Below, piece after piece: positions 1 to 9,555 of a stretch of 64,000 nucleotides of DNA; position 1 is the stretch's first letter; each line of letters opens with the position of its first letter. The notes beneath the pieces are model-generated. The model had not been told where the DNA came from. It saw only the letters and a program-made list of their open reading frames with translations, and searched no databases. Location: the NCBI GenBank assembly GCA_004764695.1, contig SMSO01000035.1:1612001-1676000 (forward strand), read 5' to 3'. A program made the position numbers and the translations under genes. The stretch is from Schizochytrium sp. TIO01. Taxonomy: Eukaryota; Protista; Bigyra: Labyrinthulomycetes.

Positions 1-832
1 CTGCTCTCTCAGGGATCTGGTGATCTCCTGTTGAATCCTCAGGAAGTGATTCGTCGCCTACTGCGGTTTGGGTTACTAGAGCCATCGTATTGTTTGAAAT
101 TGCTTGATCCTTGTCCTTCATTGAAATATCATCTGCTTTAAATTGGCCTGACATATGGAGTTGAAGCTCTGATGCAGCCACACGAGCAAAAATCTGAAAT
201 GATTCAATATATCGCATGACCTCGCGATTACCACGAGCCCACGATGCAAACTCTGAGAAAGAGAGATTGCGGCTAAAATTTCGGTCATACATGGCAAGAG
301 CTTGATCAGCAATGGCCTCGAATATTTCGTCACGATCTAGTACATCAACAGACTTTGACGGATCTAAGTCTACTAGCTTGAGAGAACCTAGAACAGTAGA
401 TCTCACCATAAGCACAATCTCTGACCGACAGAGAGACCCGTTTAAATTGAGATCATAAAGTTCAAAGCAGAACTGGGTCTTGGCTTCGAGATCTTCACAA
501 CTTAAGATGACCATGGCTGCAAGGAACTCGAGGCAGTTCACACGTCCATTGTAAGCGGAATCAAGTAGTCCAAAGAGTTCGTTGACTTCTCCCTCCGAAA
601 TGACAGGCACAGAAGATGAGATCCACGCATAGAATTGGTTTCGTACCATAACTAAGGTTCCTATTTTCTTAAGATCTGCGAGGAGGGCTTTAACATCTTG
701 CAGAGGCCACATTGCGAATGGAAATCCCGTGCGTCGCAAATGGCCACCTTCGAGCAAAAACTCATCTTCTCCAGAGTTTCGTAAAACGCTACCTTGTAAA
801 GGCTTTGTTGTATTCGACAAGACTGCGCCCAT
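1..832 (-). CDS. N-myristoylated EF-hand calcium-binding protein (calcineurin-B/NCS-like N-terminus), 3'-partial, continues beyond left edge
   Basis: Manual translation of the minus strand gives an uninterrupted frame from ATG 832, with an in-frame stop just upstream, to the window edge: MGAVLS (MGxxxS myristoylation motif)...NELFGLLDSAYNGRVNCLEFLAAMVILSCEDLEAKTQFCFELYDLNLNGSLCRSEI...AMYDRNFSRNLSFSEFASW. This has three EF-hand-like loops in NCS/CnB spacing. It is not in the ORF track because there is no stop in the window. Confidence 0.9.
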   Translation of the reverse strand, partial: MGAVLSNTTKPLQGSVLRNSGEDEFLLEGGHLRRTGFPFAMWPLQDVKALLADLKKIGTLVMVRNQFYAWISSSVPVISEGEVNELFGLLDSAYNGRVNCLEFLAAMVILSCEDLEAKTQFCFELYDLNLNGSLCRSEIVLMVRSTVLGSLKLVDLDPSKSVDVLDRDEIFEAIADQALAMYDRNFSRNLSFSEFASWARGNREVMRYIESFQIFARVAASELQLHMSGQFKADDISMKDKDQAISNNTMALVTQTAVGDESLPEDSTGDHQIPERA

Positions 833-1580
833 TTTCGTAGGAGCCAAATCCCTTCAAGTACTGCTCGTATCGCACAGAAGCAATTGTTTAGGCCACGTCT
901 TCACCGTCGCAAAAAGCAGGCGAAGCCCATGCAAGAAAATATATGAATTGCTCTCTTCGCAATGCTGATACAAATGAGCCTTTCCTCCGCAGGTCGACAA
1001 ACCTACACAAGCTCCCACGCCCGTGTTGGTTGGCCCAGGTGAACGCCAATACTCTCTGCTAGAGCAAGTGGCCCTTTCGACTCTCTACTTGTTCTCGTCC
1101 CACTTTTTACTAAGTCTCTTTCTTCTTATCTCTATATATTTCCACAAACCTAGAATACCCCCACTAGATCGGCTTAGAGCATGTCTTCTAGGCATGGAAA
1201 AGGGTCATATTGAAAGTTATATGTAGAATTGTCAACGGCCAACCAACGGCTCAATTCCAAACCTTTCTTCCACTTTGGGTGCGTGTAAAGACAAAGACAG
1301 CACGGAGAGCTCTTTTGAATCGAGGTGCACACCCAGGTATCTAATACTTGCTTTTTGAATAAAGCGCGTATATTTAATTTACTTACTGCACATTTACATT
1401 AGTTGGGTCGCTGTGAAGCTATTACTTGTTTTTGAAGAAACACGCTGCTTCTGTCTTCTGAGAGCGGAGACCATTGACACAGTTCAATAAAGCATAACCT
1501 GTTTCTTCATTTCCGTAGAATCACGAAAACTATATTTTGCAAAGTCATTTGCGTCTGTGATTGATAAGATAACGTGTGCA
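833..1580. promoter_or_regulatory. Divergent intergenic region (likely bidirectional promoter) between EF-hand gene and methyltransferase gene
   Basis: Head-to-head start codons at 832 (-) and 1581 (+). No specific sites identified. Confidence 0.4.
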
Positions 1581-2478
1581 ATGGGCGACATTCAGGAGGG
1601 AAAGGATGATACAGAGCGAACGGGAACAGCTGATAGCTCCCAGCAGAAGCTCAAGGAGCTTCACATGCGGGAGAGAGCAATTGCGCGCGCGGAGGACCTG
1701 CAGGAAACGAAGGTAGAGGTACGTTATAATTGATTCAGGTATGAGGATAAGAGGACACGATTTTTTCGCTAACATCAGAGAACAAACATAGCTTGCAGTC
1801 AACAAGAAACTGGAGGAACTAGACATTAGTAATGAGCGAATCAATGCTGCTGCCAAAGTTTATAAAAAGATTTGTGGCCAATACCCAGCGGCGGTTGGCA
1901 AGGCGGTGAGTAAGAAAGAGCGCCAGGATGAGGAGCTAGATGACCAAAGTTTGGTTTACGGTGAGATTCAATTTCGCACATTTGCTTTGACAATTGAAAA
2001 AATCAGATATTTGTATGATGGTTTGCGGGACAGTGGCGGTATTTTTGTTGATATTGGAAGTGGTACTGGCAAGGCAGTGTTTGCAGCGATGCTTATGCAT
2101 GACTTTGACCGTGTCATTGGTATCGAAATTCTGAACGGGCTTCATGAGATATCGAGAGATATCGAAGCTATCTGGCATGAGCAAAAGGGGAAAATAGATG
2201 GACTTTCAGCACGTACAAAGAAAACTCAGATTGATCTGATTCGTGGCGATGCATTCAAGGTAGACTGGGCAGATGCTACGCTTGCATTCGTAAATTCTAC
2301 TTGCTTTGATGAAAAAATGATGGAAACAGTGGCTGAGCACGCGAACAAAATGCAAACAGGGAGTTTCCTTATTAGCTTCACACGCAGATTGCCAAGCGAG
2401 GAATGGCAACTACTTGAGTATGAACGTCATATAATGAGCTGGGGTGATGCGACAGTATTCATTCATCAACGTAAATAA
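1581..2478 (+). CDS. DOT1-like class I SAM-dependent methyltransferase; exons 1581-1718 and 1792-2478
   Basis: Motifs LVYGEI, FVDIGSGTGK, IGIEI, RGDAF and FVNSTCF are typical of DOT1-domain proteins. ATG 1581 (MGDIQEGKDD...) joins in phase 0 across a GTACGT...CTAAC...ATAG intron (1719-1791) to the downstream frame. Confidence 0.82.
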
Positions 2479-2887
2479 GTTGCACAAAGTTGTCAGGTCA
2501 GTACTTTACGTTTTACTTGATATATGAAGCATTATCTGCGTGAGATTGAACCTCATGCTGTTTGAAGCTTCGAAAATAAAATCATTGCGAAAAAGTCAAA
2601 TTCATTCCATATATTGAAAATCTGAACTACTCATAGGTTATGTATGTGACGTTGTTGCTTTTTGTTTCTATAAACTGTTTGTGTCGAGGGAATACTTGTG
2701 AAGGGAAGTGTCCAAGCATATATTGATTTCCTAGGCTCCTAGGTGGGAGATCAAGCTGTTCTGTAAAGAAAAATCTTTTGCAGATGGAAATGTGCTCAAT
2801 AAAATATACTTGTAAACTTGTAGTCACGTGCTTACAATGACACGTGGCAATCTTCATCGTGTGTTTAAGTTTTGGTTAGAGAAATAG

Positions 2888-5599
2888 TTAGGCCTGCCCG
2901 GCTTTACGCTGCTTCTTGGCTGCCTGATCAGGGTCTTCGGAAACAGGCACGATACTGAACAGTTCAGTTGTTTCTGCTTGGCGCTTCGCTGACGAAAGAA
3001 ATTTCAGAGTGTACAAGTTCTCATTGCACAACTTGGCCAAATCCTTGTTTTGCGAAGTGATAGCCTTTTGCAATGCACGAAAGGAAGACATAAACTGCTT
3101 GGACTGGTCCCGAAGGCGATCCTGGTGGACAGTAAGGATCGCACGAGCCCATGCAAGATGGTGCTGAATGTTTTGAGTGTTGATGATTTCGTTTGCAATA
3201 AGCGTAAGAACGCGAGATACGTAGACAACAGGCAGGTTTTGGGCAACAAGACGAAGCGACTCAGATGGAACCGAACGATAAACCTCGGTGATGAGGTCGT
3301 CCTCGCCTAAATGAAGTGCCAAAATGAGTGCGCGGCCGTGGTCCCCCTTGTGTGCAATTTCACGTACACGATCCGGGGTGACGTTTTCTTCCAGCTGGAA
3401 GGGATCGAATAGCATAGCATTGTCCAACGCGTAAATCATCAAACCTTCAGTAGTAGCAGCGGCCCATTCTTGACCATTGGGGGAAAACTGAACACATTTG
3501 CAGCGGATTTCAGGCTTTGTTACTCGCTTACCAAGGTCTCCACGAGAAGCACCGGGAAGAGCCTGTGCACGAGCAGCGTAGTCCTCAGCTTCCGAATCAG
3601 AAGCGTCACTGACATCTAACAAATCTGTATTACCAGCATCGGTGACCTTTTTCGAGTTAAGCTTGTCCAACACACCATCTAAGGAGCGGTTATGCGAAAG
3701 CTGGTATTTTTTCAGCAGGACACGCTGCTCTACCTGGTAGATACAGACAAATTTGCTGCGGCCACCTGCAATAATGCAAGAGCCATCGGCAGTGTAGCAA
3801 ACGCTGCTAAAGTGTTTGTTGTGGCTAGCGTTTTTGGCGGAAACACGATCGTGGGAACGACGACCACCAGAGACATCCTTTGAACCAGCAATACTACCTG
3901 TTTGATGTCCACTATCAACGTCCCAGAAAAGCAACTGGCCACTCAAAGCACCAACACAGACCTCTTTGCCATCGGGCCGGAAAGCAACACAGAGGCCATC
4001 GCTACCTACTTCTTTGGTTTCAATGGGAGATGTACCGCTGTAAGGTTCCCAAAAGCGCAGAGTGCGATCCCACGAGGTAGAAGCGATGACAGGGCGAGTG
4101 GGTGAGAATGCAAGAGCAGAAACTGGGCCTTCATGCCCAGAAAGGACATCTAGCAGACGACCTGTTTGGAGAGACCAAACATAAATTTCTGCTGGGTCCA
4201 TTGCACCAGCGCATACAATTTCACCCTGTCCATCGACAGCCAGGCACGTCAGTTGAGTGGGCGTAGGCGTGACCATGGTGCGGAAGTTTCGGTAGCGTAC
4301 AAGATCAAAAGCACGGACTGTACCGTCGAGACTAGAACTAACAATAGCGTTTCCAGCGTCACCAACGAAGCTAATTGCTGTTACCGGTGCTTGGTGCTCA
4401 CTGAAAGTAACGAAACAAAATCCAGAGGTAGTACTCCAGAGCTTCACCTTTGCGTCGTCACCACCAGTAGCTAAAAGTTGACCATCTGGGGAGTACGCAG
4501 ATACGTTTAAATCGTAAAAGTGGCCCTGCTGCTTAAGAACGTAGGTCTCGGATTGCCATTCCCAAACAAGAATCTGGCCAAGCTTAGCAGATGCAAGAGC
4601 AAGCCATTCACCCGTACAGTTGACAGCAGCGCTTCGCAGTTCATGTTGCGACACACTAAGACTCTGCAGATGCGTGGCATCAGGCATCTCAAAGAGCGAA
4701 AAGACACCATTGTCAAAACCCACTACAAGAATATTCTTACTGCGCTGGAGTGCTACACTGTGAACCTTCGCGTGGTCACGCTGCACAAAATGGCGAGCTT
4801 CACGCTGCCACTCACCAAGCTTGATGCTCAAAGGCGGGCTCTTGTCGCTCTCCAAAGTTTGTCTTGCCTTTTCAGCACGTTTGTTTCCTTCTTCTTCGCT
4901 ATCCTCTTCACTCATGTCTCCACCGTCCTCACCTAAGGGAGTCCATTCCCATCGCCAAACAATCAAAGATCCATCCTTCGACAGTGTGTAAATAACTTCC
5001 TCCTCAGCAAAGAAGCAGCCAACAACACGCTCTTTGTGTCCCGTGAGAGTTACTACAGTGTAATCCCTCTCCTCAAGGGCATATACTCTCGCGCTCATGT
5101 CTTTAGATCCTGTCACGAAGTAGCGTCCTGAAGGAGACCAAGAAAGGCTTACGACAGCGTCATGGTGGCCCGTGTAGGTACGGTGTAAAGCAAGCGGTGC
5201 AAATTCTTTCGTGGTTCCTCCAGGGGTTCTCCAGACCTGAACGTGGCGGCCTACCGCGACGGCGATGTACTCGTTGTCAGGGCTAAAGGCCATAACCCGG
5301 ACCTTGCCCTTCATATTGAAGCGGTGGAGCACTTTACGAGAGGCAAAGTTCACGAGAAGTCCGCGACCCTCAGTATCAGCGACTACAAGAAGCCTGTTAT
5401 CGCTTGAGAGGCACATGCAACGCACATTGCGGCGCAGTTCGAAAGGCAAGGTCTCGGCGGAGTTGTTAACGAGGTCGAAGAGACGCACACGGTTGCCTAC
5501 GCCGGAGAGCAGAAGATTTCCAGACTCCTCATCAAAAATAACATTTCCGTTTGAGTAACTCACACCCAAGAGGTCTTTGAATCTGTAGTTGAACTTCAT
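2888..5599 (-). CDS. PWP2: Periodic tryptophan protein 2 / UTP1 (SSU processome WD40 protein)
   Basis: 903 aa. N-terminus MKFNYRFKDLLG, conserved GQILVWEWQSETYVLKQQGH, SLDGTVRAFDLVRYRNFRT and AAATTEGLMIY, plus a C-terminal Utp12-like helical domain. Confidence 0.96.
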   Translation of the reverse strand: MKFNYRFKDLLGVSYSNGNVIFDEESGNLLLSGVGNRVRLFDLVNNSAETLPFELRRNVRCMCLSSDNRLLVVADTEGRGLLVNFASRKVLHRFNMKGKVRVMAFSPDNEYIAVAVGRHVQVWRTPGGTTKEFAPLALHRTYTGHHDAVVSLSWSPSGRYFVTGSKDMSARVYALEERDYTVVTLTGHKERVVGCFFAEEEVIYTLSKDGSLIVWRWEWTPLGEDGGDMSEEDSEEEGNKRAEKARQTLESDKSPPLSIKLGEWQREARHFVQRDHAKVHSVALQRSKNILVVGFDNGVFSLFEMPDATHLQSLSVSQHELRSAAVNCTGEWLALASAKLGQILVWEWQSETYVLKQQGHFYDLNVSAYSPDGQLLATGGDDAKVKLWSTTSGFCFVTFSEHQAPVTAISFVGDAGNAIVSSSLDGTVRAFDLVRYRNFRTMVTPTPTQLTCLAVDGQGEIVCAGAMDPAEIYVWSLQTGRLLDVLSGHEGPVSALAFSPTRPVIASTSWDRTLRFWEPYSGTSPIETKEVGSDGLCVAFRPDGKEVCVGALSGQLLFWDVDSGHQTGSIAGSKDVSGGRRSHDRVSAKNASHNKHFSSVCYTADGSCIIAGGRSKFVCIYQVEQRVLLKKYQLSHNRSLDGVLDKLNSKKVTDAGNTDLLDVSDASDSEAEDYAARAQALPGASRGDLGKRVTKPEIRCKCVQFSPNGQEWAAATTEGLMIYALDNAMLFDPFQLEENVTPDRVREIAHKGDHGRALILALHLGEDDLITEVYRSVPSESLRLVAQNLPVVYVSRVLTLIANEIINTQNIQHHLAWARAILTVHQDRLRDQSKQFMSSFRALQKAITSQNKDLAKLCNENLYTLKFLSSAKRQAETTELFSIVPVSEDPDQAAKKQRKAGQA

Positions 5600-6779
5600 C
5601 TTCGATTAAGGTGAATGTTTATCGTCTAAACTTGTCTCGTACGGAACCAAGTCCACAGGTTAAAATTCGCAAAAAGGATTTGCAAATTTGTTGATCGTAT
5701 GGCTGCAGTCCTCTCGAAGTTTACGCGCGCAAGAATTTTATACGCTCTCGCTAGTCTGCAAGAGCCCTCAAAGTCCTTCACAGCGAATCACGAATCTCTA
5801 GGAAATGACGAATTGGTTGGTCGTCAATCTTGCAGACGGCCCAGATCTGAGGTCCCGGCAGCCTCACTCGGGAAGTGGCGCTGTCCTCACGCGCCAAACA
5901 GAGGCTTCCCTCTGGTTAACTCAGAAGCCTGAGCTGCGATTGACTCTCTGCGCACGCAGTCCCATCTATGAATTGTTGCCACCACCCACCAAAGCCACCG
6001 ACCTGAAAAAGGGTCTAAATAGCACCAGAACACTATAGTGGTCTAACAAAAAGGCCCAAACTAAAGGTCTATTGATAACGGATAGATGGGCGCTAGCAAG
6101 TTGTTGTCTTGTCTCGTTGAGCAATGTGACCAAGTTGATAGATTTTTAAAGGGCTGTTTTTAACTCACATTTCAACACGACCTCCGATATACATTCGAAA
6201 GAACGTCAGTATTTACCTGGTAAAATAAGCTTATTATTTGATAGTGCAGCTGAAGTTCGAGTCGAGTGGTGCTGGTGCTGGTGCAGGTAAGAGAGACCTA
6301 AACTAGAGGTAAAGTTTAGCAAGTCCTTCCCTAATCTCTTGCATGAGACTTTTCAATTAGAAGCTAACTACGTTCGATAGTCTAAAAAAAGAAAAAGCAA
6401 AAAGAAATCGTTCGCAAATACCGTTCGCACGTGTGCTCAGTTTGCAAATCGAGGAACATCCCTTAAGAGTTTAATCTATAAACTATTTCGCAAAATTGCT
6501 AGTAATCTCGATAGATAGTGTATACCCAAATAGCTTTAGGACACAGGCCTCCAGGAAGAGTAAATCTGCAAATCGAACTTACTTTTCGAGTCAGAGTTGT
6601 GGCATTAGCAACCGGACTGAGGCCCTGGGCGCTACGATAGCGATCAGCGTGGCTCAACACGTCCCAAACCTTACTCAGACAAAAAGAAATCGTCTTTGCT
6701 ATCTGAGGTTTCTACAAAGCGTGCCGAAGGTGGTAGAGTGCGTTTATTCTCGTCAGCAAAACTTTGCTGTTTTACCAGA

Positions 6780-9065
6780 ATGAGGCAGCCTTCTGCATGC
6801 CTAAGCATTGGCCTCTTTGCTATAGTGTATATGGTTGCACTCGCACCAAGAGGCATCCAGGCAGAAGAGACGACTGACTATGGACCCTGTCCAAATGGAT
6901 GCTCAGGTCATGGGGTCTGCCAGTTAAGCGAATGTACATGTTTTGAAGGATGGATGGGCGGCGACTGTTCCCTTCGTATCTGCCCATCTGATGTGGCATG
7001 GAATGATATTGCAACGGCTAATGATGTTGCTCATAATGATGCTGAGTGCTCTAACCGCGGATCCTGTGATCGAGAAGTCGGGCAATGTGTTTGCGATAGT
7101 GGCTTTACTGGTCGTGCTTGTCAGCTACGAACATGCCCTAATGATTGTTCAGGACGCGGTCGCTGCGTTGACATGCGCTATAATGCATTATATAAAAACC
7201 CTGGTTTGGGGACTGTATACACATATGAGTCAGTATGGGATGCCGAAAAAATGTATGGCTGCATTTGCGACCAGGGCTTTACTGGATATGACTGCTCAGA
7301 GCGTGATTGTCCTCGAGGTGATGATCCAATGACAACAAGTCAACAAGATGAAGTACAACTTTTTATGTGTAAGGCTACAACTGGCTTTTTCACCCTTACT
7401 CTGGATGGCTTTACAAGTGAGCACATCCCGGTAGGTTCTAGCCTTAGTGAATTTGAAGCTATCCTTGAGGCTGTCCCAGGTGTAGGAGATATTACTGTTT
7501 CCTTTTCTCAAACAGGTTTAAGTGTATGCGGAAGCGTTGACAATGTTGTTGCTGTCACCTTCCGTGAGCGTTTTGGTGATGTCCCACACCTGCTTTCGTA
7601 TACGAGTTCTGTAGAAGATTGTAACGATGCAACTAGCGACGACGATTTGTGCGGAGGTACTGGATTAATGTTTGCATATGATGGAGATGCTCTAGATTCC
7701 GTTTATTCGGTAGCAAGCACTAAGGAGAATGAATACTGCTCTCGCCGAGGTACCTGTGATCTTTCAACTGGAGTATGCACATGCTTTACTAACTTTGTTA
7801 CAAGTGATGGCCGCGGTGACGAAGGTGATCGTAAGTTATCCTTCTTGTTTTGTTCCCCCCCCCCCCCCCCCCCCCCCCCCTTTTTTTTTTCTATAAAGAG
7901 ACAACGCTTGGATCAAGATTTTAGAAAAAGAGAAAAAACGTTTTCGAGAACAGTTAAACTAACTTGTGCATCACAAAATTTACTTTCAAAACAACAGGCG
8001 GAGATTGCGGCTATGAATCTGCCGAAGTACAGGCATGCCCGGGGCTTATTTCGTGCAGTGGGACATGGAACTTGTTCTCAATCACCACAGTTTCGGTGTA
8101 CATGCTCCCTTGGATGGGACGCTGGCGATTGCTCAGTTCGAACATGCCCAAAAGGCAAGAGCTGGTTTGATTTCCCAATGTCCGATGAGCGTGCACATCA
8201 ACTTGTGGAGTGTAGTAATATGGGAACTTGCGACCAATCGACTGGAGAATGCATTTGTTATACAGGTTTCACTGGTTCTGCTTGTAACCAAATGAAGTGC
8301 CCAGGTTCTCCAACTGAGTGCTCTGGTAATGGGCAGTGCCTCTCAATGTCCCAACTTGCAAATAAGGCTGAGAATAACGGAGACTTGACTCCCTTTACAT
8401 ACGGCCAGACTCCAAACGACCCTGATCGATGGGATTATGATAAGATTAAGGGCTGTCTCTGTGACGAAGGATATGAGGGTCATGACTGCTCATTAATGAG
8501 TTGCCCTACGGGAGATGATCCAGAGACAACTGGTCAAGATTTCGAAACTCAGCTGATCAAGTGCATTGCAGACGGTGGAAATTTTCGTTTGTACTTTCGC
8601 CAGCATCGCACTGATCTGATTTCCTATGCTGCTACAGAGGACGATGTTCGGACGGCACTCGTTGCCTTGGACTCAATCACCGATGTGTCCGTGGACTTTT
8701 CGTCAGGTTTAGCGGCTTGCACATCCGATGGATCAAATGTAATATCTGTCACGTTCACACAAGAACTAGGAGACGTGCCCGATATGATTGCCTACGTTTC
8801 ATCTTACAGCGCAGATCTCTCGCTTACTTCTAGCACGGCTTCGATCAGTATTAGTACAGATGGGGCCACCGTCGACAGTTTTGAGAGCGTCAAAGGTACC
8901 AAGGAGAATATTGTGTGTTCTGGTCGAGGCATTTGCAATCATGAAACTGGAGTTTGTGAATGCTTCATTCAGTTTGGGTCGAGCAATGGCAATAATCAGT
9001 ATGGAGACCGAGGTGACTGCGGTTGGAAGATTCCATGGGCAGTCACCAGCACCAGCGAAGAGTAA
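6780..9065 (+). CDS. Secreted EGF-like repeat protein of the Sig1/Ocm (mastigoneme-associated, tenascin-like) type, two tandem modules; intron 7831-7997 and apparent +1 frameshift at 8060-8062
   Basis: Signal peptide from ATG 6780 (MRQPSACLSIGLFAIVYMVALAPRGIQA). The module CPNxCSGHG...CP..xW.D......AH...ECSNxGxCD...WD....GCxCDxGxxGxDCS...CPxGDDP, followed by a beta-rich domain and a final EGF ending GDRGDCG, occurs twice. Splicing the GTAAGT...ACAG intron recreates GDRGDCGY, matching the C-terminal GDRGDCGW. Confidence 0.85.
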   Translation: MRQPSACLSIGLFAIVYMVALAPRGIQAEETTDYGPCPNGCSGHGVCQLSECTCFEGWMGGDCSLRICPSDVAWNDIATANDVAHNDAECSNRGSCDREVGQCVCDSGFTGRACQLRTCPNDCSGRGRCVDMRYNALYKNPGLGTVYTYESVWDAEKMYGCICDQGFTGYDCSERDCPRGDDPMTTSQQDEVQLFMCKATTGFFTLTLDGFTSEHIPVGSSLSEFEAILEAVPGVGDITVSFSQTGLSVCGSVDNVVAVTFRERFGDVPHLLSYTSSVEDCNDATSDDDLCGGTGLMFAYDGDALDSVYSVASTKENEYCSRRGTCDLSTGVCTCFTNFVTSDGRGDEGDRKLSFLFCSPPPPPPPPFFFSIKRQRLDQDFRKREKTFSRTVKLTCASQNLLSKQQAEIAAMNLPKYRHARGLFRAVGHGTCSQSPQFRCTCSLGWDAGDCSVRTCPKGKSWFDFPMSDERAHQLVECSNMGTCDQSTGECICYTGFTGSACNQMKCPGSPTECSGNGQCLSMSQLANKAENNGDLTPFTYGQTPNDPDRWDYDKIKGCLCDEGYEGHDCSLMSCPTGDDPETTGQDFETQLIKCIADGGNFRLYFRQHRTDLISYAATEDDVRTALVALDSITDVSVDFSSGLAACTSDGSNVISVTFTQELGDVPDMIAYVSSYSADLSLTSSTASISISTDGATVDSFESVKGTKENIVCSGRGICNHETGVCECFIQFGSSNGNNQYGDRGDCGWKIPWAVTSTSEE
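7855..7890. repeat. C26-T10 homopolymer tract inside intron (G26 on minus strand)
   Basis: Direct read: 26 C (7855-7880) followed by 10 T (7881-7890). Confidence 0.95.
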
Positions 9066-9555
9066 TAAAAATTACAATATTGATTAATGTTTCTATTGTT
9101 CCACAACCTTAGACCAGCCGTGGCCTACCACAAAGATGTGAAATCAGCCTTGCGTTTGACACCAAGACGCAGCAAAGGTTATACCTACTACACTACCTTC
9201 TCTATAGTTTTAGGCAGTAGGGTTATTTTTAAATTGGGATACATTTTTTAATTTTTAATCTATCAAAAATAAATAAAATAATATAGGAAAGGAAAATGAT
9301 TTTTAGGGTAGCCTCTGAGAGTGATAAGAGTGACCAATCCAGCGAGCAGTCACAGCAACCTGGCGAGCAGGTGAGCAGGCGAGCAAAACAAGCAAGCAGT
9401 AAGCAAGCAATCGTTTGCCTGAAGATTGCGACCTATGCTGTGCTTTTGCTGGAGTTATAGTTCTTGTTTTATTATCCTCGATAGGCGTTGGTTATAGTTT
9501 GGCAAAGACAAAAGTAAGCTTCATCGACCTTTGAAAACTTATACTTCTAAGCGCT

